NCBI GenBank assembly: GCA_001662655.1
Contig: KV460227.1
Reading direction: 5' to 3' (one strand)
From: Pseudogymnoascus verrucosus
Lineage: Eukaryota
DNA length: 64,000 bases
Below are positions 35,725-48,406 of this stretch, piece after piece. The notes under the pieces are model-generated. The model did no database searches, was not told the DNA's origin, and saw nothing but the letters and a program-made list of their open reading frames with translations. Position 1 is the first letter of the stretch. Each line of letters starts with the position of its first letter. The position numbers and the translations under genes were made by a program.

Positions 35725-36299
35725 TTTTGATGATTCGCTTTAGATGTTGTAGTTGTAGTTGTGTATATCCTAGCTAATCCGCTCGTGTGTCGCTTTTCCT
35801 AGTCCAGTCGTTTATTTGTTTGTATCCAGTATCGCGCTCTGGGGTATCTCTCTATCCTCTCGCAAATAACTTTGTGCCTGAATCCAGTGTTCAAATAAAC
35901 TTCACGCTCGTAGATGTAAAGAAGACAAAGGTCGTCGTACTACATCCAACAAGAGGAGAGGGGAGGAGGAGAAAGGCGCTTACCATTACCATGTGCCAGC
36001 CCGCCAAGCCCTCACAAAAGAAACAATGACGTAGTCGCCCTTTCCGCACCACCACCGCCACTCAACGCAACGGCGGCGGCGGTCGGGTGGCTGGGGAAAA
36101 GGGGGTCCTCTTCCCGCCGCCACAATATGTGTAGTGTATTAACCAGAGTTACTAGGGATGAGGAAGAAGGGGTGGGCGGGATGTGCATAGTAGTATGAGG
36201 AGAGACCGGTGAAGTCGAGGAGTCTTCATTTTTTCATTCGTATTATTATCAAAGCCAGAAAAAAGCCTCCATCCATCCATCTCCATGGCCATGCGACTA

Positions 36300-37330
36300 T
36301 AACCCCCCCCAACCCAGTCCTCCCTCTTAAAATCCCCAAGTGCAGAGTCTATGCTACACCCCTCCTCCCACCCCAGCTAGCAAAGGAAGAGAGAAAGAAC
36401 TTCGCGCAACGAAAGAAAAATCGATGCCTCACACCCACTCCCCCCAACAGAGCAGCACAAAAAAAAGTCAAGGGCAAAAAAAACAAGATCACGAGAGTAA
36501 CACATCAAATTGGCAAAAAGAAAAATACAACAGGAAACAAGACCCCCCCTCCCATCCCCCCCCTTTCCCACCCCCTTCCAAATCCCATCCCAAAATCCAA
36601 ATATCAACCCCCCCCACCCCGTCCGCCAATCCCCATCCCCCGTCGAATCAAATACGCTCAGATATCAATCCCCGCCCCAAGCTCCCCCCAGCCCACCGAC
36701 CAATATGCACAATGCACACGCTCCACCGCCCCAGCCAGCACACCAGCTTTCAGCTCCCAAAAAACCCCATCCCATCCCATCCCCCGCGCCATGCAACTTT
36801 TGTGATTTCTTTTACCGTGTTCCAGACGCTCCTAACCCAACCCCCAACCCAGTCCATCCAGCTTTTTACTCCCCCCCCCCCCGGCCGACCACCCGCCCAC
36901 CACCCAAAAAAATCCATGTTGCGAATACATCTATCCATCCCCTCCCTTTTCCATCCCATCCACCCAAACCCCACACCATCCGTCCCCGCACGCAGCACAA
37001 GCAAGACACGCAAGACACGCAAGACCACCGCAAGCCCCTGCCCGCATCAACCGATTGAACCGAAAACCCGAACCGAAAACCGAAGCAGAAGCAGAACCCG
37101 AACCCGCCCGCTTCCCAGATATTCAGATCTCCAAGATTTTATTTCGCTATGCATCGCGCCCCCAGACCAGAGCAACCAGACCCGACAGACACCCCCACCC
37201 GCCCAACCCGCTACCTAACCCGCAACCCAAAGCCCGCCGTCAGCAACGACCAACCCCCCGACACCCGCCACCAAAAGCCAAAGTTTGAAAAAGCAAAAAA
37301 GAAGAAGAAGATTTGATGAAAGAAAAAGAA
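36300..37330. repeat. Low-complexity C/A-rich tract (G/U-rich on the minus strand), downstream of the NRP1-like gene
   Basis: Many C5-C11 runs, A runs and short repeats (CAAGACACG, AACCCG/AACCGA). Confidence 0.7.
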
Positions 37331-37656
37331 AAATGTGAAAACTTGAGAGAAACTTTGATGAAGAGGAGAACTGGCGGAAATGCGTTCGCATGTGTGTAGG
37401 CAGACGCAGATGTAGATGGATGTAGATGTCCTTTCCTAGCGATGCTGTCCAATCCTCTGGATGAGGATGGAGATGGCGCGTTGCGAAGGCCGGGAGAATT
37501 GAGCAGTAGTAGTGTAGTAGATAAGAGCACCAGCGAGCCCTTTGTCGTATGTATTCCAAAAATCTCGGCCAGTAAAAAATGCTGTTTCGTTCGTCCAAAA
37601 TATCCCACCACCCACATCCACACCCATCACCATCCACCAGCACCATCTAACCACAC

Positions 37657-39937
37657 CTAAGCAGGACTCTTATTCGGCGCCGCCGCCGCCCCATTCTGTC
37701 TCGCATCCCCACTCATCGCCAGCCCACTAATCCCCGACGACAGGAACGCAAACGGATCGCTCTCCCCCTGCTGCTGCTGCTGCTGCTGGTAGAAGTTCCC
37801 CGCACCGCCCGCCGGTCCATTAGTAGCAGATTGGAACGCCGCCTCAGCCGCACGACTATCAAAAGGTCCAGCAGAGTGCGCGCCTCCCGCGCCACCACCA
37901 GCTCCGCCGCCCGCACCACCGCCGTAGTGCGAGTTTAAGCCCTGGTATGGGCCGGTCGCAGCACCCAGTCCAGAGGGTAGTGCGTACGTGCTCTGCGGGC
38001 CGGGGAAATGCTGTCCGTATCCCGCGCTGGAGGGGAATCCACCGGCGGACGAAGCGAATGGTCCCGGGCCAGGAGTTCCGGACATGGATTGCGGACCCAT
38101 GTTATACCCCGACGGCGCCTCCATAGGGGACGGGTACCCGGAGTCTGCGACGACAACAGCGCCAGCGCGCGAGGCGCCGCAGCGGAGACAACTCACGTTC
38201 TTGGCGAAGTTGTGGTATCCGCAGCCTTCGGAGCCGCACTTCCAGTCACCAGCGCGGAAGGGGACGACGCCACCACCACCACCACCACCCATGCGGCCGC
38301 CGCCGTGGCCGCCGCCACCGCCCATGCCGCCATGGTGACCCATGTGCTGCTGCGGGGGCATCATGGCCGCGGGGCCGTAGCCGTAACCGCCGCCTCCGTA
38401 GCCACCCATCGCGTCGCCGCTTGGTCCGGCGCCCATAGCCGGGAAGGAGCAACGGAAGCAGGCGGTGCGGCGCTGGAAGTTGGAGAAGCCGCAGGATGGG
38501 CAGGTCCAGTCTCCTGGACGGGGACGGTTCTTGCTAGGTGGGAAGGGAGTGAGGATCTCGGCGGCGCGGTCGAGGACGCGGCTGGAGGAGGGGGAGACCT
38601 CGATGGCCTTCTCGTTGAGGGCGCGGCCGTTCATGCACAGCGATTCGGCGGCCTGGAAGTCCATTAGATTGTGTCCGCGAATGTGGAAGAACTTGACGAG
38701 ACGGGGGATGGGGAGTTTGATCAGCTGGTCATAGAGGAGGAGCACGTATGCCGAGGGGCCCGCGCAGACGACTATCTGGTAGGTCTCGCACAGCTTGCAG
38801 TAGAGGTAGAGATTGGAGAGGGGGGGTGTGCTAACCTCTTCGTGGGACGAGAAGACGGCGAAGCCGGAGCCGGTGGGCTTGTGCTGGTCGGGGGTGCGCA
38901 GCGTCCAGAAGGCGATCGGGCGGCCGCCGAATTGCGTGAACCAGCTCTCGAGCTCGGACTGCGTGGTGTCGTGAGGCAGGCCAGCCATGTGCAGGACCTT
39001 GCTGCGCTCCGACAGGAAAGCGCGCACGTCAGCACGGGCGTCCATGGGGCGGGTGAGCACGTCGGGGTGCTCGTGGGCTGGCTGGGACTTGTTGATCAGT
39101 CCGCGCAGGACACGGGCGAGGGTGACGGCCTCCTCCATGGCGCGGCGGGGAGATGCGGGCGCCAGGGCCTGCAGGTGGAACGGCAGGTTGTGCTTGATTG
39201 GAGCGCTGGCGGCGACGGGCTCAACCTCGAGGGCGGCGCAGATGTTGGAGAGCATGGATGGCCCGAATGGCAGGGATTCGGGGTGGTGTTGCTGCCATCG
39301 CTGGTACTCGGTGCGGAGGTCGAATGTGCGAGAGTGTTGGAGATATGGCGGCAGCACGACGGCCTTGTCGCGGGCCTCACGGGGAAGCTGGACACGCAGG
39401 TCCCATGAGTCGAGGGTGACGAAAGAGAAATCCAAGTTCTTGGAGGTCAAGTGCTCGGAGGCGAAGGCATCGAAGCGGGTGATCGCATCACGGAAGGTGC
39501 CTGCATTGCGGACGTGCTCCCACGTCAATGTTGTCAGGCTGGCTAGGGGAAGGAAGAAGTGTTAGCTATACTCTGGCCATTGTAAAAGAGGTGCAATTTC
39601 GATCAAGGGGGTAGTTGTGTCCCAACTTACTGCAGAGGGGAGTGATCGGTGTGTTGATCGGCTTCACAAGCACGCTCTCACGGTATAACTGTTCACCCAA
39701 AAAAAATCCCAGTCAGTGTCTCAGTCCTCACGAATAAATATTATATATGGGAGTGTCGAGTGAATTTCGGCGTACCTCCTCGCAGTTCTTGGCGTCCAGA
39801 AGAATCCATCCTAGCTCGATGACCTCGGCCGAGTCCTTTGTAACGTATACGCCGTGCTCATCGCAGGTTGTTGCAACGTGGACAACGACATAGCGGTCGA
39901 GGTTCCCCTGCTGGGGTGTTGGCAGAGCTATAGACAT
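37657..39937 (-). CDS. NRP1: NRP1/Arp1-like RNA-binding protein (exonuclease-like domain, RRM, two RanBP2 zinc fingers); introns 39689-39775, 39543-39630, 38653-38835
   Basis: VVHVATTCDEHGVYVTKDSAEVIELGW; RRM VLHMAGLPHDTTQSELESWF..GSGFAVF; RPGDWTCPSCGFSNFQRRTACFRC; AGDWKCGSEGCGYHNFAKNVSCLRC. Confidence 0.88.
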
Positions 39938-42900
39938 CGTATATGGTTGTATTTCTGCTTGGGGGAAAAAGGATGTCGAGTTAGCAATCTGGGGTCTGGG
40001 TATATATATATAGAAAGAGGGAGAAGAGAGAGAGTAGTAGCTTGCGCACCAGCCAGAGGATGGACACGGGGTGAGGGAGGGAGGGAGGGAGGGGGGGGGT
40101 GGAATTGACGAGGTTCACTAACCAGTTAATTTCTTTGCTGGCGTGGAAGAACCAAACGTTTTTTAAGGGTTCGGTGTATAAGATGCCCAGGAGAGCCTTT
40201 TTTTCTCGAGTGAGGGTAAGGAAGGAAAAAGAACAGAACAATGCCAAACGCTGTTCACTATACAATTGATAGCAGCGAGAGAATGCGCACAGGAGAGGAA
40301 GGAGGGAAGAGGACTCGGAGGAGAAGTCGTCTGGGGTTGTAGTAGGGAGAAGGGGGGGGGAAGGGAGCCGGAGAGGGTGGAGAACAGCTCCGTCGAAGAT
40401 GTTTAGAAAGAGATTTGAGGCCGTCGTTGATGGTTTATTGGGGTGACCGTAGTAGAGGTGGTAGGGTAGGATAGGGATAGGGTGGGATAGGTAGGGTAGG
40501 GTGCTGTTTAGGTGGATTAGTGCGTTTTTGGTGTAGTTTGGTGTGATTTGGTGTGGTTTTGGTGCGGGTATGTGGTGAATTTTGGGGGACGAGAAGCCCC
40601 AAGTGTCCGTGCACGCTTCCCACGTTTAGTGGAGGACTAATGGTAGTGCAGGTAGGGTAGGTAGGGGGAGGGATAAGTATTGGATAGTAGAAAAGCGTAT
40701 GGGAGGGTACATAGGAGGGAGCGATAGGAGTGATAAAGGAGTGATAGTGCACAGTAGGCGTGAGTTGGGTGCTGTACGGCAGTTCGAGCCTGAGTCCGTG
40801 TGGGTATGGGAGAGTATATATATAGCAATATTGAGTGTGTTTGTAGAGTAGAGAGTAGAAGAGTAGAAGAGCAGAAGAGTAGAAATGAGTTATAGAGTGA
40901 CTGTAGAGTAGAGTAAGAGTGTGAGTATAATGAATACAGAGTAAGATGCTAACATTAATATACGGCTATATACGAATATATATGTATAAACATCATTCCT
41001 CAGACCACACATACTCACTTCCCTCTGTACTGTGTCCATATAGCTCTCCAGGTGTCCCGTATCTCCCACCGTGTCCTATAGTACTACCATTGCCAGCTTG
41101 AGCACAGAACCTCGTACTCTGTGCTCCTGTCAACCCCAACGTCACATGACCAATCCCAAGTGTACGTACTGCATATCCCGCCAGTACCGCCATAAGGGAC
41201 TTCGGGTAGGTGGGAGGAAGTCCAAAGGAAGGGATCGATCATCGAACCAACCACGGGGAGGCTAAGCGGGAATGACCAGGCATAACCAGAGGGATGGTCG
41301 CCAAAGCTAGAGTATAACTATAACTACCAATGGTAGACTAAGCGTTGATTGGGTTGGTGTGTTTATTTTGGTATGGGGGAAGGGATGATGCAGGGTCTTT
41401 TTCGTGGAGTAGTGATGGCATAGCTTCGACAGTAGACGAAGACTGGAGTAACAGAACGATGAGTGCGACACGTGAAATATAGTAAGCTGAAGAGCACAGG
41501 CCAGAGATAATGGCACGGTTGAGATATAATCTTATATACTTAATACTAGTAGTAGTCTCTATACTGCTCACTCTACTCACACTATTCACACAACTCACAC
41601 TATTCACACACAACTCACACAACTCACCTCACACTACCAACACTCCTCACACAACTCACACTACCCACCACACCCTCTACCCTCCCTCCCTCCGTACTTA
41701 TACCCCTCCCACCCAGCCATGACAACCCAACCACATCATGTGACTTACAACTCATCCACTCCATGGAGAAGCTCTCCCTCACCAGAGACACCAGAGACAC
41801 CAGAGACACTCCCAACACTAGCCTCAATACTGCCCCCAGACAATGTCTCACAACAAACCTCCCCTTCCATCTTTTTCACCTGCAGAGAATAATGCAGAGA
41901 ATGCAGAGAAGGGGGTATAAATAGGAACGAGTGTCAGCCATCGGCCAATACATGCATACTATATAGAGACAACGGGCAAGTCAGTCATCTCATCTCATCT
42001 TTCTCGCGTGTTTTTTCTTTTTCCCTTTCTCGTTCGCGTTATACATCACCCACCCATCACCGACATCCAAAACGCGTTCGTCCTGCATCATCGACGTCAT
42101 AGGTTAGCAGTTCAGTCAGTTCAGTTGCCATGCCATCCATCCGCCGTGCCGTGTGGTGGGCTGGCTGCATCGTGGGTGGTGGCGTGTACTGTAAAATATA
42201 GTAGGGTAGGATAGGGCGTAGGGTGGGTGTATCGTTGCATGCATCGTCGCGCGGGTGGTAGTGAGTGTTGAATGGCGAATATGAGTTTGTTGAAGAAAGT
42301 TAGTTTTCACTTTTCACTCTGTCCAGTAGTGGTGTGGTTGCGTTTTTAGGTTGAGGGGGCTTCTCTGCGTCTTCTGTGCATGTTACTACTGCTACCATTG
42401 GGTAGAAATGCTGTTGTCTGACTGGGTTGAGTATACTGTATACATACTGTATGTAGTCTGACTGGAGGAGTGTTGAAGTGTCAGTTCTGTCAGTCAGCCG
42501 TGTTAGTATGACTACAGTTAGTATGATACACTTACTATGATTGATAGCAAGTCTGCCCGCGCCTATCTCCGCCAGTAATCATCGTGTCCAGTCACCACGG
42601 CCCGTCATCGGTCAACATCGTGGTCCACAGTCAAACACAGACAGACAGACACAAGTTACTCTACCTCCCTCCTTTCTATAATCCCCATCATATATCACTC
42701 ACGCTTGTAATCACAGTAGATTATTCCCTTTTGACAACCCAACAAGTCTCTTTTTTTCATTTGTTTCCCAACCTCCCTCAACGCATAAAAAAACTTCTTA
42801 GTCTTAGTATACAAGTTAAGTACCAGATACACCTCCTTCGCCGTCATCAACCGCCCATTCTACAGCCATCTCCGGCCATTTCTCCAACGCCACCCAATGT

Positions 42901-43614
42901 ATCCCCCCCGTACCAATATCCCTCTCTACTACCAACTCAACTCCCCCTCCCCCATCGGACGCACCGCATGTACCCACACCCACGTATATTTCGAGCTCTG
43001 GACCACGGCTAAAGAGAGGAAACTTGCTACTAAAATAGTATGTTTACACCATAAATACACACAAATACACGCAAAATACACACCAGAGACACTCTAGACG
43101 CTCTGGACACACACACACCACTATCGGACTAAAACACGGAGAATATTCTTTTGCGTGGTTTAATAGCAATCCTGCACCTACATGAAAAAAAAAAAAAGAT
43201 AAAAAACTAGAATCCTCTCTCCTATCTGTTGATCTTCTCTCTCTTTAGCTTCATCCTCCTCTCTTCCCTTTTCCTTTCTTTCCTTCTTCTTGGTTGAGAT
43301 TAAACAGTGTCAGGTTGTCCTTGTACTCTACTCTTACCCACTACCCACTAAACTCCCCAGCCGCCGACTTTCCTCCGCGCACCCACTACGCCCGCCCCGT
43401 GCTCCAGTTCAACCTCCAAGCGGGGACCCAACTATCAACACGCTACACCCAAACCCGCTACCACTACCAAAACTGACTGGGGTGAGCTCCAAGGCGCAAG
43501 ACACAAGAGACATCCCAACGTCACAGCGCGGCCCTACTATCCTACCCATACTTGGTCTACACTGCACTACACCTATACTATACCTCGACTCCCGCTCCCG
43601 AACCACTTTCTCCC

Positions 43615-43662
43615 TCCTCTCCTCCTCCTCCTCCTCCTCCTCCTCTTCTTCTTCTTCCTCTT
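43615..43662. repeat. (CCT)n(CTT)n microsatellite upstream of glycogen synthase
   Basis: Directly visible polypyrimidine trinucleotide run. Confidence 0.9.
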
Positions 43663-43865
43663 CACCTCTTACCCCCCCCCTTCTCTCTCTCTCTTGTTCC
43701 CCCTCAATTCCCATCACAGGGAAATCACTAGAGATCAATCGAGGTTGACGGCGACATTCCAATCGTCGTTCGTCCTAACAGCTCTCGCCAAAGCACACCT
43801 CTCAACCCACTCTCCCACCCCAACCCCACCCGCTCGCTCGCTATCAATCGATAACGAAGCCCACG

Positions 43866-46326
43866 ATGGCCACCACCAACAGAGATGTCCGCAACCACTT
43901 TCTCTTCGAGATCGCGACTGAGGTTGCCAATCGAGGTATGGCTACTGCTTCTCTTTGACGGGCAGCTTCACATACTAATAATTCACAGTCGGCGGTATCT
44001 ACTCGGTCCTCAAATCCAAAGCCCCCGTCACCACCGCGGAGTATGGCGACCGCTACACCTTGATCGGTCCGCTGAACAGGCAGTCGGTGAGGACTCCCCA
44101 AGCTCCCCAAGCTTCCCAAAAACAATTGTTATGAGAGAATGTAACTAACAGACGACACAGGCTGCCGTCGAGGTCGAGGCGCTGACGCCAACCAACCCCC
44201 AGCTCGCTGCCACCATCGCTGCCATGGAGGAGCGTGGCATCAGCATTGTCTATGGACGCTGGCTGATTGAGGGTGCCCCCCGCGTCCTGCTGATCGATAC
44301 GAAGACCGCATACAAGTTCCTGGACGAGTGGAAGGCGGATCTGTGGAACACGGCGAGCATCCCGTCGCCGCCTGGTGACGATGAGACCAACGAGGCGGTG
44401 GTATTTGGATACCTCGTCGCGTGGTTCTTGGGAGAGGTAAGAATAGCTTACTACCCTCTCTTAAGACAAATACTAATATAGCTACAGTTCGTCGCCCACG
44501 AGAAGGAAAAGGCCGTCATCGCCCACTTCCACGAATGGCTCTCCGGCGTCGCCCTCCCCCTCTGCAAAAAGCGCCGCATCGACGTAACGACCATCTTCAC
44601 CACCCACGCCACTCTCCTCGGCCGCTACCTCTGCGCCGGCTCTGTCGACTTCTACAACAACCTGCAGTACTTCGACGTCGACGCCGAGGCGGGAAAGCGC
44701 GGCATCTACCACCGCTACTGCATTGAGCGCGCCGCTACGCACTCCTGCGACGTCTTCACGACCGTCTCCCACATCACCGCCTACGAGAGCGAGCACCTCC
44801 TCAAGCGCAAGCCGGACGGCGTGCTGCCCAATGGTCTCAACGTCACGAAGTTCAGCGCTATGCACGAGTTCCAGAACCTGCATCAGCAGTCTAAGGAGAA
44901 GATCCATGATTTCGTGCGGGGCCATTTCTATGGGCACAATGACTTCGACCCGGATAACACGTTGTATTTCTTCACTGCGGGACGCTACGAGTACAGGAAT
45001 AAGGGATGCGACATGTTCATCGAGTCTCTCGCGCGCCTGAACCACCGCCTCAAAGCCTCCGGTTCCAAAATGACAGTCGTGGCATTCATCATCATGCCCG
45101 CGCAAACCCAGTCCCTCACCGTCGAAGCCCTCAAGGGCCAAGCAGTCATCAAATCCCTCCGCGACACCGTCGACGTCATCGAGCGCGGCGTCGGCAAGCG
45201 CATCTTCGAGCGCGCCCTGAAGTGGCACGATGGCGACCCAATGCCCGACTCTAAAGATCTCATCACGGCACAAGATCGCATCCTCCTCCGTCGCAGGTTG
45301 TTCGCTATGAAGCGCCATGGTCTCCCGCCGATCGTCACGCACAACATGGCGAATGATGCGGAGGATCCGATTCTCAACCAGATCCGCCGCGTGCAGCTTT
45401 TCAACCACCCCTCTGACCGCGTCAAGATCGTGTTTCACCCCGAGTTCTTGAACTCCGCTAACCCGGTCCTGCCGCTCGACTACGACGAGTTCGTGCGCGG
45501 TACGCATCTCGGTGTCTTCCCATCCTACTACGAGCCGTGGGGCTACACACCCGCGGAATGCACGGTCATGGGCGTCCCATCCATCACGACCAACCTCTCG
45601 GGCTTCGGCTGCTACATGGAGGAGCTCATCGAGAACTCCACCGACTACGGAATCTACATCGTCGACCGCCGCACCAAGGGGGTCGACGACTCCGTCAACC
45701 AACTCACGCACTTCATGGCCGAATTCGCGGCTAAATCCCGTCGTCAGCGCATCAACCAGCGGAATCGCACCGAGCGCCTCAGCGATCTGCTGGATTGGAA
45801 GAGGATGGGCATGGAGTATGTGAAGGCGCGCCAGCTGGCGTTGAGGAGAGCGTATCCGGCGAGCTTTGAGGGCGAGGAGGGCGGGGAGGATGTCTTTGCG
45901 GGGAGTGATGTTAAGATCTCGAGACCGTTTAGTGTGCCCGGATCTCCGAGGGATAGGTCGGGGGTGATGACGCCGGGGGATTTTGGGAGTTTGCAGGAGG
46001 GGAGGGAGGGGTTGAGTACGGAGGATTATATTGCGTGGAAGCTGCCGTGAGTTTTTGTCCCTTTCTCCTTTCTACCCTTTACTGTTGTTAGAGAGGGGTG
46101 CGTGAGATGGGTGGGAGCAGTATACTGACATGATAATAGAGAAGAGGAAGACCCAGATGAGTACCCCTTCCCCCTCACTCTCCGCACCCGCCGCCCATCG
46201 GGAAGCGCACTCGATCCTATGAGCGGCGGCCCCACTAGCCCTGCGGAGCTGGGGAAGGCTACGAATGCGGGTGCGAATGGGGAGGGGAAGGCTAAGGCGG
46301 AGGCGACGACGGCGGCGAAGGCGTAG
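43866..46326 (+). CDS. GSY1: Glycogen synthase (GT3); introns 43936-43988, 44087-44160, 44437-44487, 46047-46139
   Basis: [66 protein letters not shown]-terminal [10 protein letters not shown]. Confidence 0.97.
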
Positions 46327-47119
46327 ATGGCGGCGTTGTCGTTGTCTTGGCGTAGTTGTCGTCATCGTCGTCTTGGCTTGAATGAGAAAGGCTTGTTATT
46401 GCCTTACTATCTACCTGGGTGTGAGAAAGGGGGGGGGTTGTTTTGGTACGAGAATGGGAGTGTGGACATAATGCTGTGGATGGGGAGGAGGAAATTTCGA
46501 AAAAATATGTTTTGCATGAGAGGCCGCGGGGGAGTGCATGGTTGAGCGTGTTGGAGGAAGGGGAGGGAAGGAAGGGGGGGATGGGCATAGTCGTTGTGCG
46601 CGCGTTGAGCTTTTGAACTGGCCGGGGAGGAAATATTTTTTGTATAAACATGGAAGACGCATTTTATAGCATTGCTTGCATCGCATGCATCGGTACTGTC
46701 TTTTATCGCATCTATCGCCCTGTCTGTCATCCTGTCGTCCTGTGTGTCTTCTGTGGAGTGATAGTGAGCTGGGTGATAAATGTTGTAAATGTTGTAAAGG
46801 GTGAGAGTATGAGAACCGTGTGGCTGAAGGTGTGGCTGGTGACGGGTGCCACCCGCGATCGATGGTGGTGACCCCTGTCACCCAACCAGCGAGCTACCCC
46901 AGACAAAAGTCGCGGCGGCCGGCCAGCGGCGGCGGCGATTAGATCGCGCGATGTGGCTCTAAGAAATATCGCGGTATCACTCGCTGTGGTTGAACAGCAC
47001 AACACGACAAGCCCACCCACGCCCTCTCCCTGGCACTCTTCTTTCCTCATCCTCTCAATTACCTCTCTCTTTCTCTTAGGGCTGGAAACTTCATCTTTTC
47101 TTTACCACCGCACAATCTC

Positions 47120-47222
47120 AACCACAACCACAACCACAACCACAAGCTCAATTTACACACGCCCCGATTTACCAGCACAGGTGCACTTGCGCCGCACCAC
47201 ACCACACCACACCACACCACAC
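47120..47222. repeat. (ACCACA)n and (CACCA)n microsatellites in the SPC3 upstream region
   Basis: Directly visible short tandem repeats. Confidence 0.8.
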
Positions 47223-47259
47223 CTTGGATTTCTGACGCTGAAGGGAAAAGGAGGGAAAG

Positions 47260-48237
47260 ATGCATACCTCCATAACGCGCGCGCAGAACGCGTTTGGGTT
47301 CTTCACGACGGTGGCGTTTGTCGTTGCGCTCTTCGTGGCGGGGAGTGATTACCTCGTTGCGCGGACGCCGGGGGCGGAGGTTAAGGTTGGGAGTGGAGGG
47401 GTTACGGTGTACGTTTCTCCCTTAGTTTTCTGTTGCTCTATTTCTGGCTCTGGGTTCCTCGCTGGGTTGCCCGGGGGAAGGGTGAAAGCGGTGTCTTTTA
47501 ATTGACGAAGAAGAGCTGGCTAATGTGTATGTGACAATAGCACGAAAGGACGACCGCACTACTACAGCACCAAGAAAGAAGAACACGCCAGCATCCGCTT
47601 TGATCTCAACGCCGACCTGTCGAGCTTGTTTACCTGGAACACGAAACAAGTATTCGTCTACGTGACAGCGGCGTGGAACGAGACCGCAGGCAGCGCGGAG
47701 GCAGCACCGAACGAGGCGGTCATCTGGGATACGATCATCACCAGCCCTAGCGCGGACCACTTGGCGAATCTGCCGAAGGTGGCGAAGCGGAAGCTGGTGG
47801 AGAGTGGGAGGGGGAAGAGCGTTGATAGTGGGCGGTATGTTTGATTCCATTCCTCTCATTTCCCATTTCTTTGCCTGTTTACACGTCGGTGTCGCGGAGG
47901 GAGTCTGGTGTTAATCGATCAACGGCGCGTGCGTTGGGTGAACAAGTGCGGGGACAACAGAGAGAGAAAGGAGTACATGATTGGAAGCTAATCCATTCAC
48001 AGCGGCATTATTAAGTTGCGCAACCAAAAACCAAAATACCAAATCACCGCCCCCACCGGCAAGGTCGCGCAAGCCCGCGGCGTCACGCTCCGTGTGAGAT
48101 ACAATGTGCAGCCGTGGGTTGGTGCGCTGGCGTGGGATACGGAGGGGGAGGTTGGGCTATGGAAGCCGATGAAAGGGGGGGAGAGTAAGAGGTTCGATTT
48201 ACCGGCTGTGAGGGAGAAGGGGGGGAAGAAGGTTTAG
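47260..48237 (+). CDS. SPC3: Signal peptidase complex subunit SPC3/SPC22; introns 47409-47540, 47835-48002
   Basis: MHTSITRAQNAFGFFTTVAF; KGRPHYYSTKKEE; FDLNADLSSLFTWNTKQVFVYVTA; VIWDTII; KPKY; YNVQPWVG. Confidence 0.93.
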
Positions 48238-48406
48238 GTTGTGGTGAGTGGGAAGCTGGGGGGAGTTGGGGAGTTGTAAAGGGGAGGGGGGGGGGTTTGG
48301 GTGGGGGGTGTAGGATTTAAACGGATAGGGAAAGTAATTTCATGCGATTTTTATGATGGGGGGTGTAGTTATTGTGCGTGACTACTGGCTGACTACTCTA
48401 CACCAC

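Noticed and set aside
36209..37288. Pro/Lys-rich ORFs up to 292 aa
   Set aside because: Artefacts of the C/A-rich low-complexity tract; non-ATG starts
44482..45711. 409-aa antisense ORF to GSY1 (similar shadow ORFs over ERG20, XRN1, NRP1, VPS54)
   Set aside because: Shadow ORFs caused by biased codon usage of the real gene on the opposite strand
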